Positions 48,458 to 60,845 of a stretch of DNA of 64,000 nt are shown piece after piece. Source of the DNA: Selaginella moellendorffii (lineage: Eukaryota; Plantae; Lycopodiophyta); NCBI RefSeq assembly GCF_000143415.4, contig NW_003314298.1:372001-436000 (forward strand), read 5' to 3'. The notes below the pieces were generated by a model. That model had not been told where the DNA came from. It worked only from the letters and a program-made list of their open reading frames with translations, and did not search any database. Every line of letters begins with the position of its first letter. The first letter of the stretch is position 1. Both the position numbers and the translations under genes were made by a program.

Positions 48458-50918
48458 ATGGCCATTCTTCAAGCCGCTGCGCCGAGCGCTCCCTTCGAAA
48501 GATGCTGGAGGCGCAGCAAGAGAATGGATAAGGTGTTTGTGGGCTGCTTGCAAAATGGGAAATTGGCCAAGGTGCGAAGATTGCGAGTCTCATGCTCGTT
48601 GGAAGCCATGGTTTCTGATATGGGCAAAGGAGGTATAGTGAGCCACGTCTCAAGTTAGTGCTCGTTCTTGTGGCTCATCTTGTGTTTGATTTTTCTCTGC
48701 AGCTCCAAAAGGCCTTTTCCCTCCCGAGCCTGAGAGCTACACTGGACCCAAGCTCAAAGTTGCAATTGTTGGTGCGGGTCTAGCTGGAATGTCCACCGCT
48801 GTTGAACTCCTCGATCAAGGACACGAGGTAAAACCGGTCAGCATGTCTGGAAAATCCTCTCAAGTTTTGTTTTTGTTTTGTCAGGTTGACATTTATGATA
48901 CCAGGTCGTTCATCGGTGGAAAGGTTGGATCATACCAAGACAAGAACGGGAACCACATCGAGATGGGATTGCACGTCTTTTTTGGTTGCTATTGCAATCT
49001 CTATCGTCTCATGTCAAAGGTTTGCTTTTTAAAGATTTACAAGCAGTGATAGTATCTTTTCAGGTTGGAGCGGATGAGAATCTTCTTCTCAAAGATCATA
49101 TCCATACCTTCATCAACAAAGGAGGCTTAACTGGAGGTGTGTGCGGTAATTTCTTCGCCTCTAGCTCACTCGTCGATTTGTTTTCAGAGCTGGATTTTCG
49201 ATTTCCTGTCGGCGCTCCTTTGCATGGAATCAAAGCTTTTCTCACGACAAATCAGCTCAACGTAAGTGGAAATCTGATTTCGTCTGTGGCGAAGGATTTG
49301 AAACTTTATCATTTTGTCCAGGCTCTTGACAAAACGGCCAACGCTTTTGCTCTTGCAACAAGTCCGGTTGTGCAAGCTCTCATTGATCCCGATGGTGCAA
49401 TGCGGACTATCAGAAACTTAGACAAGGTAACGTAGTCGAGTTCTAGATTTTCAACAAAAGTCTGCAGCTAATAATTGTCATCAGGTCAGCTTCTCAAAGT
49501 GGTTCATGTCCCACGGAGGAACACGAGAAAGTATCAGTCGAATGTGGGATCCAATTGCCTACGCTCTGGGATTTCTCGACTGTGACGACATCAGCGCTCG
49601 CTGCATGCTCACCATTTTTGCTCTTTTTGCTACCAAAACAAATGCCTCGCTTCTTAGAATGTTGAACGGGGCTCCGGATCTTCGGCTGCACGCTCCCATC
49701 CGCGACTACATAACAAGTAGAGGTGGAAGGTAACGAGATGTGAAACTTTTAGACGATTCACGCAATACTCATTCAAGCTTGCAGGTTTCACTTGCGATGG
49801 GGATGTCGAGAAATTCTTCACGACTACACTCTGGACGGCGAGACCTTTGTGACTGGGCTCGTGATGACGAAGGTGACTTGCTCTCCTCTTTTTTCTTCCG
49901 GAAGGAGAAGTCATAGGTTTTATTTTCATCGGTTTCAGGCAGGCGAAAGAGAAGTTATCAAGGCTGATGCTTACGTCGCAGGTGGGAAGCACAAACTCGT
50001 AGTTTCTTTTTGAAGTGGCTTTATCTTCTTGTGTGCACAGCTTGTGATGTTCCTGGAATCAAAAAGCTTTTGCCAGAACAATGGCGGGAGTACGAGTTTT
50101 TCGACAAGATATACAATCTCGTAGGAGTGCCAGTGATCACCGTGCAACTACGATTTAATGGCTGGGTGACTGAAATGCGAGATATCGAGCTTTCAAGGTC
50201 GGAAAATCTTCTTCATACTGTTTGTGTAGATCTTTACTCATTTCACTTCAGACAACTCAACCAAGCGACTGGACTTGACAATCTGCTCTACTCGGCAGAC
50301 GCAGACTTCTCATGTTTTGCTGATCTTGCACTAACTTCGCCAGTCGATTACTACAAGCCCGGTGAAGGATCTCTTCTTCAGTAAGTCGATTCACCTCCAA
50401 TCCCGAGCTCATTGTTTTGTGAACATTTCAGGATGGTTTTGACACCAGCGGATCCTTACATGCCGCTCTCGAACGACAAGATCGTGAGCAAAGTTCATGA
50501 GCAAGTGACTGACTTGTTCCCATCATCTCGGGAGCTAAAAGTTACTTGGTCTTCCGTGGTGAAAATCGGACAATCGCTGTACCGAGAAGCTCCGGGCATG
50601 GACGCTTTCAGGCCCGACCAGGCGACCCCGATCTCCAATTTTTTCTTGGCTGGATCTTACACTAAACAAGTAAGTTGTTCCTTGTTCTTCTTTGGTCTTT
50701 CTCTTTTCTTGAGCAGTGACGGATCGATGGCCGTTTGATTTCAGGATTACATCGATAGTATGGAGGGCGCGACGCTGTCTGGAAGGCAAGCAGCAGCTCG
50801 GATTTGCGAGAAAGGATCGTTTTTGAAAGGATTAAATCCAGAGGAAGAAGAGAAGATTGTCGAGAATGGTTCGTCTTTGAGCAAGAGCAAGGACGAGTCT
50901 CCACTCACATTTGTTTAA
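48458..50918 (+). CDS. ZDS: Zeta-carotene desaturase, multi-exon
   Basis: [96 protein letters not shown]. Confidence 0.97.
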
Positions 50919-50959
50919 ATACCAAGTTTTAAATTTCTAGGGTTTTAGGGAAGAGCTCG

Positions 50960-53194
50960 ATGGGATGCAGCATTCGAGCGCTCTGGATTCTCAACCAGCA
51001 CCGCCATGTCGTCTTCTCCAGGTAATCGCATTTTTCTCGTTTCATCCTCCATCGATCCGATCCGGCATCGCCGTTCTTGGCTTAGGCGCTTCCCCACCGT
51101 GGAGAAGAAATGGAAGAATGCGCGATCGAAGCACGGCGATGGCATCTGCTACTCGCTACCTTCCGATGCGCAGCTCATTCAATCGTTTGTAGAGAGGAAA
51201 GAGAGGTAGATTTTTCTTCTTTCTCGATCTGGCACTTTGATTGTTTGTTTGTTGGTTTAGAGAAGGCTCGTTTCGAGGACTTGCTACTCGTGAGGAGTAT
51301 TCCCAGCCTGGCTCCGACTCTTGGGTGGATGATCCGATCACTCGCTCGATCATCAGCCTCCAGATCCCAAAACCGGATGAAAGTGGCGAGTTATATCTCT
51401 TGTGGCCGATCGTGTTTCACATCCGAGGACCTTTCCACATTTTGGTTCTTCCGTTCGTGGAACCGCATCATCTGGCAACGTATGAAAACCTTTGCTGGCG
51501 AGCCGACTGTGGAGGGCCTGTTGCGAACGGGCATAATTCTCTTTCGTCGTTGCTTTTGGATCTTCCATCCATCACGGGGTAAGTTTTTCTTTGCCATGAA
51601 TCTTTTCTTCTGACTTGGCTACTGATCCAGAGCTTTTTGTGTCGCGCAAACTTTGGGAGACTTGATAGTTGGAGAAGCTTTAGAGCCAGAGATCAACATC
51701 AATCCTTCGTCGACGATGGGGGGACTGCTGGACAGCATAACCGGAGGCATTGGAATAGCGAGCATCACTGCTCGAGCCAAACCAGTTGCTGCTCCTGTGG
51801 CTGCGGCGGCCACTGCGATAGCCGCTGGTGTTACTGGCGCTGCTCCGGCGGGAATACTCGGGTCGACCACCACCAAGGGAATCCTCAAAGCTTCGGACAA
51901 GGAAGCGTTGCTCGGTTTCATCACAAGTGCCATGCCTTTCGGTAAGTTTGCGAAAGTTAGTTCCATCGTTTTATTTCGTCTTTGGTTTCCAGGCACTCCT
52001 CTTGATCTTAATCCCATAACCATCAACGCCATCAAGGCAAATGGCTTCTCTGCGCAAGATATACCACCACAGGATCAGAAGCAACCAGCTTGGAAGCCAT
52101 ACCTTTTCAAGTCCAAGCAGAAACTCGTGTTCGCTCTTCACGAGGTGGTCACGGCTGCCTTGTACGACAGGGACGACGTTGCTGATGTTATCACGCTCAA
52201 GGGCCAGCTGCTGTGTCGAGCAGACTTGGAAGGTCTACCAGACGTAAACGTCCAGCTCTCGTGTCCAAGCTCGGGTGAGATCGACGGAGTAACATTCCAT
52301 CCTTGTGCTCAAGCTCTCGATCATGGACCGGATAAGCAGACAATCACTTTCTCGCCACCTCTTGGGAACTTTGTGCTGGCCAAGTACATGGCAACGCCAG
52401 CATTCCGGCCACCTCTCCAAGGATTCTATCAGCTCTCCATGGTTTCTGACGACGAGGGCGCTTTCTTGTTCCGGATGAAGCTTTTGGAAGGCTACAAGGG
52501 CCCGATAGTCATGGAGCAGTGCTCCTTGAGCATACCGTTCCACAGGAGGACAATAGCTGCGCTGGATGGAGCTCCTTCGATGGGGACTGTGTCCAATACG
52601 GACCACTCCATTGAATGGAAAATCCTTGCGGGGCATCGCAGCACAATCTCGAAGAGCATGGAGGTGACGTACTCTGGAACTGTCAAGTTTGCCCCCAGGG
52701 CCGTGGACACGAACCAGAGAGACACAGTTGGATTCTCTGATGACGACGAGATTGACTGTGGGAACGAGAACAAGATGGACAAGGCAGACATGAATCTTGT
52801 AGCTGCGAAGTGGGAGGATCCGTTTTGCTGGGAAGCCTACAGCTACGCCAAGGTATTTATGAAAACTGAGCGCGTTAGATATTCTCTAACCGATTTCTTT
52901 TTCAATACAGGCGTCTGTAAAACTCGTCGGTGGGACAATGTCAGGAGTGTCTATCGACACTAAAACGGCAAGCTTACCTTCATTTCCATTTTATCTTCCG
53001 TGCTAAGAGCTGTCTTTCCAGGTAGCGATATATCCCACTGCTAAAGTCCCTTGCGAAGTTTCTTCCCAGGTGCGAATCGTTATCTGTGATTGACCAAAAA
53101 TTATCACTTTCTCCGGCTTTGCGTACAGATAATATCTGGAGAGTACATATTTTGGAACTCCTTGGGAAGATATCCACATGTTGCTCCAGCCTAG
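50960..53194 (+). CDS. AP5M: AP-5 complex subunit mu, multi-exon
   Basis: MGCSIRALWILN..VVFSRRFPTVEKKW, DSWVDDPITR, SAMPFGTPLDL, KQPAWKPYL, mu-homology CRADLEGLPDV..FHPC..FSPPLGNF, terminal SGEYIFWNSLG. Confidence 0.92.
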
Positions 53195-53920
53195 AAAGAA
53201 AGGTATGACAGAGCCGGAGTTCTTTTCATTTTTTCTTGTTTTTCTAACGTAGCTCCATACGGAATTCTCCCTGCAGTGCGTGGCTCGCGCGAATTTGAGC
53301 AGCAAAGTTCTGTCTGGTGGAGCTGGAGCTGGAGCTGACAAGTAGCAAAGTTTGGTAAGCAAAGAAACTGTGGTACACTGAGCAATGCGCGTTTATTTTG
53401 TCGTTAAAACAGTGAAAGCTACCAAACAGCCGCGAGTTTTAGAGCCCAACAACGACACTCGAATCTCCACTCCAATTTATGATCGCAGCAATCGTCGCTC
53501 GCTCGCTCGCTCCATCGCTCAATTCGCTCTCCTGAGCAGAGAGAATGAATGGCATTGGATGGGACTATAAATCCAACGTTTCGCCATCATGGTATATCAC
53601 AAACAACACGAACAAGAGGAACTCTGATAGAGAAAATCCAATCAACCATGTGGGGTGATTGTGTCTGGCAGGGAAGCTTGATTTTGACACCGTAGCCCTC
53701 AGCACGGGCGTTTCTACGTACAAACGCCCGTTGTCTACGTACGAACGCCTCCTGGCCGCCAGCGTTTCTACGTACAAGCGCTACTAGCTATGGACATTCT
53801 TGTGTGATGAGGCCAGTGTGTGTGTTGACTATAATCCATCCGGCCGAGAGTTTTCTTAAAAGAGGGGAAAAAGCCGAGAAAAAGAAGCTCTAGGTTTTCT
53901 TGTTCTTGGTTCTCTCCTGG

Positions 53921-55644
53921 ATGAGCTCCGCCATGCCCAATTTCGTGGCGGGCCTCAAGGATGCGCTGCCCGGCGCTCCATCCGAGAATGGAGGAGACGC
54001 GGCTACTCCCGATGCGAGGCCGCGGGTGCTCATCACGAACGACGATGGGATCGCGGCGCCAGGGCTTGGAGCGCTCGTCCAGGCGCTCGTTCGCGGTGGA
54101 CGATGCAATGTCAATGTGTGTGCTCCAGACTCGTAAGTGCTTTCGCTTTTTGTTTCCGATCGATTGAGCGAGCGAGCGAGCGAGTGATCGTCCAGGGACA
54201 AGTCGGGCACGGGGCATGGAATCACTGCGCGAGGCGTGCTCGAGGTTGGGGCTGTGGAAATCCCTGGAACTTCTGCCTCGCACGAAGTCGGAGGTAAGTT
54301 ACTACCTTCTCTTTGCTTCTTTCTTTTCGAAAGCTTTACAAGTTTTTCTTTCTTCTTGGATATTTTTTTCTTTCTTTCAGGAACTCCTGTCGATTGCGTC
54401 TCGCTGGGCTTATCTGGAGCCCTCTTTCCATGGTCCAAGCCAGATTTGGTATGATAAAACTCTACTATCTTCATCATCTTAGTTCAACTTCCATGGTTTT
54501 TATCTTTCTTTTTTCTTTTTCTCAGGTTATTAGTGGAATCAACAAGGGCTCCAATTGTGGATTGCACATGTGAGTCTTCTATCTTTTTTTTTCTTTTTCT
54601 TTTTCTTTTTCTTTTTCTCTCTCTCTCGACTAAAGATTTTTTAATTTTTCTGTCGCCAGCATCTACTCTGGAACAGTAGCAGCAGCTCGAGAGGCTTGCA
54701 TTTGGGGAGTTCCTTCTCTTTCTATATCATACGATTGGTATGCCTGCGTGTTCTCGTGTTTTCTTTGTCTTCTTTTTCTCGTCTCTTACGTGATTGTACG
54801 GCACAGGGTCAGAGGCAAATGTAAAGAGGAGGACTTAAGGCTGGCGGCCGGAGCTGTGATCCCGCTTATACATGCCGCGCTGCAAGACATCGAGCAAGGG
54901 AAATTTCCCGCGGGATGCTTTTTCAACATTGATATTCCGACCGATGTCGAGCACAACAAGGTGTTTTCCTCCATCTCCATGTTCGTGTTTGCTAAACAGT
55001 AATGTATCCTTCTCGCAGGGCTTCAAAGTCACAAGGCAAGGCAACTCAAGGCTTGGGAGCCAATGGCGAGCGGTGTCCACGCAAAGGCGAATTGCGAGCT
55101 ATATGCGAGGGAGAGAGCCAGGCATGGGTGTTCAACTCGCTCAAATCGGACTAGCTGCCTCCGCCGCGGTATGTGGGCCTAATTCTTTGAATGCTTTCCT
55201 CAACGTGACTCTCACGAGGCCCATGTCAGGGGGCAGCGAGGAAGGCAAACTTTCCGTCAAAAACCGTGGAAGTTGAAACAGTAGCTGGTCCCGAGAATGG
55301 TACGCAGCAACCATCGCCACAGAAGCAACTCTTTCAGCTGGAGGTACTTTTTTCTTCTAGAGCGTTTTCAGTCATAAGTCTCACTGCGCTGTTTGGCGGC
55401 TTTTGTTGAAACAAACAGGTCTCGGAGCGAGAGTCTGGAGAAGATGACCCCGAGCTTGACAGAGGTTCTCTGGACGCTGGATATGTGAGTGTTATAAGCA
55501 AACTTGTTATACGCTAAACTCTTGTTATCACAGATAACAATCACTCCTTTGGGACTGACGACACACTTGGACGCCGACACTGCCCAGTCTGCCACAAAAT
55601 GGGTGTGCTCAGCGGTGGAGGTGACAGGTTTGGCCGCATTGTGA
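53921..55644 (+). CDS. surE: SurE-family 5'/3'-nucleotidase, multi-exon
   Basis: [79 protein letters not shown]. Confidence 0.93.
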
Positions 55645-57074
55645 ATGCGTGTAAGAGGTACCGCAGATATGGATTTGCCTGGGTTTGCTCGGCGATTTTG
55701 CAGCCGCAGTGTTTAGCGACATGAATGAAGCAGTGTACAGTTTGATGGTCATGGACTTGTAAAGCTACACCTCTCTAACTTGGAAAGCACCGTTTTGTTT
55801 CCCTTTGGCACCGTGTTTTCAGATCGAGCTTGACGAGCAAAGCTATGTCTTTCAGCTCCAAGTAAGCGTTTGATATTTCTCGAGGTTTTGTGCTCAACAC
55901 GTCTTGACTGCGCAGCTTTGGGGAATTCTACGCACTTAGACATTTAACTTTGTCAACGAAGACAATAGAGCGTTCCACTCGAAATAGTGAAAAGATCATG
56001 AATCAAATCCGCGGGTCCTTGAAACCTTCAAAGGTAAGCTCCATCTTTGTTTCTCGATGCTTATAGTGCGTTTGAGCTAACACTTTGTTGACTAGCGATA
56101 AGATTCTCCCCAAACATTTTTGTTTTCTCACGCGTTTTTCTTTAACAAAAGTAAAAGATTGCAATCCCCATCGATGTTACAGTGCGGTCACTGAGTGTTC
56201 CATCTTGTTCAGGACACTGGAGCTCCGGCTGCGTGAAACAGTCGTTGGGGGAACACTGGTGGTCCAAGAAATTTTCTCCCGGAGGGAGTTTGTAACAAAA
56301 AATGGAAAGTGTTATACCCAATTCTGAGGCAAATCTTTGGCATTCAATGTTAAAGGATTTGATTGATTGAGTGATCTCATCTCGAGGAAGCATTGTAAGT
56401 TGCATTGTAAGTTGTGTTGTGGTCAAACTCGTCCTGCGCGCCCAGCCCAGGGAATAAAACTTTGCCATGCCTGATTGATCTTACCAATGGAGTTTTGTAA
56501 AAGGATCGGGAACTTTGCCAAGCTGCAGCTCCATTATTTCCATCCTCAACAACACATGAGAGATTGTGCTTGCAAGCAGCCATTATTCTTGCTCCAGGAA
56601 GATCGCATCCGGAAAGCTTTATCGATCAAGTTGAGGACGTCACCCAAAAAAAAAAAAAAAACAAAACAAAAAATCATTCGCTAGAGATCTATCACGCTTA
56701 AGCTTGTGGACCCAAAGCAATGCAAGTGGAAAAAGAAAACTATTTTTCGAGAAAGAGAACAATGACCCACAACACATCACAAAAAAGTTGGCCAACGATT
56801 TGCATAAAAAAGGTTGTGAAACTAAGATTCCAAAAGAAAGGTGGCGGGGCGAGAAAATTAGGGCGTGACATGTTGCCATGTTCTTGGGGCGTACGTGTGC
56901 AGTGTAGTGTGTGTCGGTGGATGCGAGTACGGCGGGAATTCACAAACCCTAATTTTCTCCCAATTCGTACTGCAAATTTTTTTCTTCCATGTGCATTCAA
57001 ACGGAGGCATGGCCTATTTAAAACGTTAACGTGTTGCTGCAAGGAAACAAAAGCCCTAAAAATGCATCGGTCGC

Positions 57075-57215
57075 GAATATGCCCCCTATAACTGTCCGAG
57101 GAATATACCATCTGTTGCCGGTGGCCAAATATAGCCTGACAGGATGTGGCGCATTTAAACTCCGCCCCTGCCACGTGTGCCCCAGGTAGAATATGCCCGC
57201 CGGCGCGGAATATTC
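57075..57215. promoter_or_regulatory. Cluster of four P1BS (GNATATNC) elements and a G-box upstream of the U-box gene
   Basis: GAATATGC at 57075, GAATATAC at 57101, GAATATGC at 57189, GAATATTC at 57208. CACGTG at 57172. Confidence 0.65.
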
Positions 57216-58099
57216 CGTCTTCGTCTTCGTCTCCGACAGATAGAATGTGGGTGCAGCGCTGACGGGCGATGGAAGAAAACGAGGATAAAAAAGAGTGGTT
57301 TTTTTCCCTTTCTTTTTGCTGCTGTGTGGGTCGGTGACTGAGACTTGTGGCCCGATTCTCGCAACAGATCCATCCATTTCTTCCGATTTTGCTTTACAAA
57401 GCTCTCGTCTCTCTCTTGATCAATCGCCAATTTTGCGTGTAGCGATGGCGCGTTGCTAATTCCCATTGCCTCCCGGGTTTGTGGGATTGGATTGGGTTTT
57501 TCCTGGGTCCTCTCCTCGCTCTCTCTCTCCTCTCCACTCCTGGATCGACCTTTGGACCACAAATCGAGGAGGAATCCCACCACGCGCTAGAAGAGCTCTC
57601 CAGTTGGAGTGGTCTCGTCTCTCTCTCTCTCCTCTCTCTTCTCTCTCCTCCCTTCTCTCTCTTTCTTTCCCCTCGAGCGCGAGCCGGCGCGTCCTTTGTC
57701 TCTCGCGAATCCAGCTCTTCTTCTCTAGGATAGCTAGCCGCCAGCCCAGCGACAGTGAGCTCTCATCCCGTCTTCTAAAAAGCTCCGCGAATCCCTTCCA
57801 TCTGATCCTAGGCTTCGCATTTTCGCTATCTCCTCCTCCTTTGCGTTTGATCGATCGGTTCGAGCGATCGGCAGCAGTGGCGGAGGAGATTGCGTGTTGG
57901 TGGCGCTGCTATCATCAAAATGTAATCTTCCCCACGGATTCTTGCGGAATTTGTGGCAGCCCTCTCCCATTTCTCTTCTCTTCCTCTCGATCTCTCTCGC
58001 TAGAGCTGGAGCTGGAGCTGGGTAAGTGGCCTTGGATCCATTCGCGAGCTATGGACTGATGGATTGACTTTCCCCTTTGCGTCCGTGCGGCAACAGAGG

Positions 58100-60845
58100 A
58101 TGGATCCCAGTGCGGTGCTCGCCAATGTGTCGCAGCTGATCCAGATGCTCATCCTGGTCGGCGGCGGTGATGGGGGAAAGAAATCGCGGCCGCGCGGCGA
58201 CTGGCAATCCCTGGCACAGTGCCTGGGGCTGCTGATGCCCATTGTGGAGGAGTGGAAGGCGCTGGATTCGTCGCCGCTGCTGCTGCTGGAGCTCGCGCTG
58301 ATCAAGGCCAAGGAGCTGCTGCTGGATGGCGGCGCCGCTGCTAGGAACAGCCGAGTGTTCCAGGTACCGCTCTAGATTTCTTGGTTCTCAAGTTTTTTAG
58401 GGTTCTTCGTTCTCTCCAGGTGGTGTGTTGCGAGGAGATTGCGAATTGGTTCCACGAGATTGCCACAATGCTGGACGAGGCTTTGCGTAGCATGTCCATG
58501 GATGGATTCTCGGACCACGCCCAAGCACAGGCAAGCTCCTCACTTGAGTTCTTCTTTCTTGGAGAGAAAACAAAGGTTTCTAGTATAGTGTTTGCGTGGA
58601 ACAAAGGTGAGAGTCTTCCAAAGAGCTTTGCCTCTTATTTTACTCCGCTCGAGGAGAGGAGCTCCTCGCAAAATCCTTCTTTTTTCTTCGTCTATTCGCA
58701 AGGTGGCGAGCTCGTTTCGAGGATGATTGATGGTTTTTCTCTTTTGATCAGGCAATGCTGGCGCTGGAGCAGCTGCGAAGAACAAAGTTCCACCCCGACA
58801 TCTCGGATCAAGTGCTCATGACCCAGATCGAGCTGCTACTCGCGGAGATGCGAGACGAGCACCAAGTCCGCCCCGACAAGCTGGCCAAGCTCTTCGACAA
58901 GCTCGACATCGCGTCCGACGAGGCGCTCTCGCGGGAGCTGGACGCGCTCGAGGCCGTCAAGAAGAAAGCCCGCCTCGCCAAGCGCAAGTCCGAGGAGGAG
59001 TTCTTCGAGAGGATCATCTCTCTTCTCATGCAAATGGTCAAGTGCTCGCCGGAGGGATCCGAGACCCGAGCTTCCGGACTCCTGGCTGCTCCCACAGACT
59101 TTCGCTGCCCCTTGTCGCTGGAACTCATGGGCGATCCGGTGATCATCGCCTCGGGCCAGACTTACGAGCGAGCTTATATCCAGCAGTGGATCGATCAAGG
59201 CAACACGACGTGTCCAAAGACGCGGCAGATCCTCTCGCACACCAATCTCATCCCGAACTACACCGTCAAGGCTCTCATCACGAACTGGTGCGAGGCCAAC
59301 AGCGCGCCGGTCCCAGCTCCCGCCAAGCTCGCCTCCTCCTCCGTGCTGCTCAAGAGACTCTCCAAGAACAGTCACAACAGCGATGGCGATCACGCACCGG
59401 AAACTCCAGCCCGCGACCGGGAGGTGCGGGCTTGCACAGTGCGATCGCACTCTTTCGCTGGTCACTGTCACGACTACGCGGATCGAACGAACCGATGCGA
59501 ATACTGGTCGTTCGTGCCTGCTGGAGGAAATCACCGCGCTTCTCCGACTGCTACTGGCACTTCTCCTCCCGGGATCTTGGAAGATCACAGGCTGCGGAAG
59601 CTCCGAGCGTCGCCGTCGGGATCCAGCGGATCCTCCGAGGGTGGCCATGCAGACGATCCGCAGGTGGCCACTCCCAGAGCTCTCGACACGTCCATCAACT
59701 TGAGCGACTACTCTCCGTACAACAGCGATGCTTCTGGAGATCTCGGGAGCCCATCGTACGAGATGAGACAGCAGCAGCAGCGGAGGAGTTCCCGGAGATC
59801 GCCACTCTCGTCCGCGGCGGCCACCAACGCGGCTGCGGCTCGCCGGGCAGCTCGTAGCATCACCGACGGCGCGCTGCGCGTCCTGATCGAGAACTCGGTG
59901 GAGGATCTCGTGTCCGGGAACCCCGAGCTGGAGCTGGCGGCGGCCGAGGAGCTCCGCCTCCTCGCAAAGTACGATACCGAGAACCGCGTCCTCATCGCCG
60001 GGGCCGGGGCCATCCCGCCGCTGGTGGATCTCATCACATCCAAAGAGAAGAAGCTCCAGGAGAACGCTGTGACCGCGCTGCTCAACCTCTCCATCAACAA
60101 TGCCAACAAGTCGGAGATCGTGGCAGCGGGGGCGGTGCCACCGCTGGTGGAGGTTCTCAAGAGCGGCACTTCCACCGCCAGGGAGAACTCCGCCGCCGCG
60201 CTCTTCAGTCTCTCGGTTCTAGACGAGAACAAGCCGGTCATCGGCGCCTCGGGGGCCATCCAGCCGCTGGTTGACCTCCTCGTCAACGGCAGCCTGCGCG
60301 GTCAAAAGGATGCCGCCACCGCGCTCTTCAACTTGTCGGTCCTGTCGGAGAACAAGTCGAGGATAGTCAACGCCGGTGCGGTCAAGGCCCTGGTCAACCT
60401 GGTCAGAGATCCGACCAGCGGCATGGTGGACAAGGCGGTCGCGGTGTTGGCCAACCTGATGACATGTCCGGAGGGGCGTGTTGCGATTGGAGATGATGGC
60501 GGTATTCCAGCGCTGGTGGAGGTGGTCGAGGCGGGTACTGCCCGTGGTAAGGAGAATGCTGCGGCAGCACTTCTCCATTTGTGCACCAACAGCACGCGTC
60601 ACCGGTCCATGGTCCTCCAGGAAGGGGCTATACCACCGCTACACGCCCTCTCACAAACTGGAACGCCCCGAGCCAAAGAAAAGGTTTGTGATATATGTAT
60701 TTCTCTTCCTTTTCTTTCTTTCTTGTTTTTTTTGGAGAGGGACTGATTTAGGTGGATGCAGGCAATGGCTTTGTTAAGGCATTTTCGGGAGCAAAGGCAT
60801 GCAAGTTTTGGATCTCGGTCAGGCCACAACAGTTTTGAGGTGTGA
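58100..60845 (+). CDS. U-box/ARM-repeat E3 ubiquitin ligase, PUB2/3/4-like (4 coding exons, probable 5'UTR intron)
   Basis: UND-like N-terminus, U-box PTDFRCPLSLELMGDPVIIASGQTYERAYI..CPKT..LIPNYTVKALI, ARM repeats, end QEGAIPPLHALSQTGTPRAKEK|AMALLRHFR. Confidence 0.93.

Noticed and set aside
46326-55644. HCF107, ZDS, XK1 and the DUF gene as a functional plastid gene cluster
   Set aside because: They are interleaved with unrelated genes and share no pathway. Proximity is explained by genome compactness.
56325-56343. GAGGCAAATCTTTGGCA resembling a miR399 site near the P1BS cluster
   Set aside because: It needs a 3-nt gap relative to miR399, no hairpin partner was seen, and a match this short is plausible by chance.
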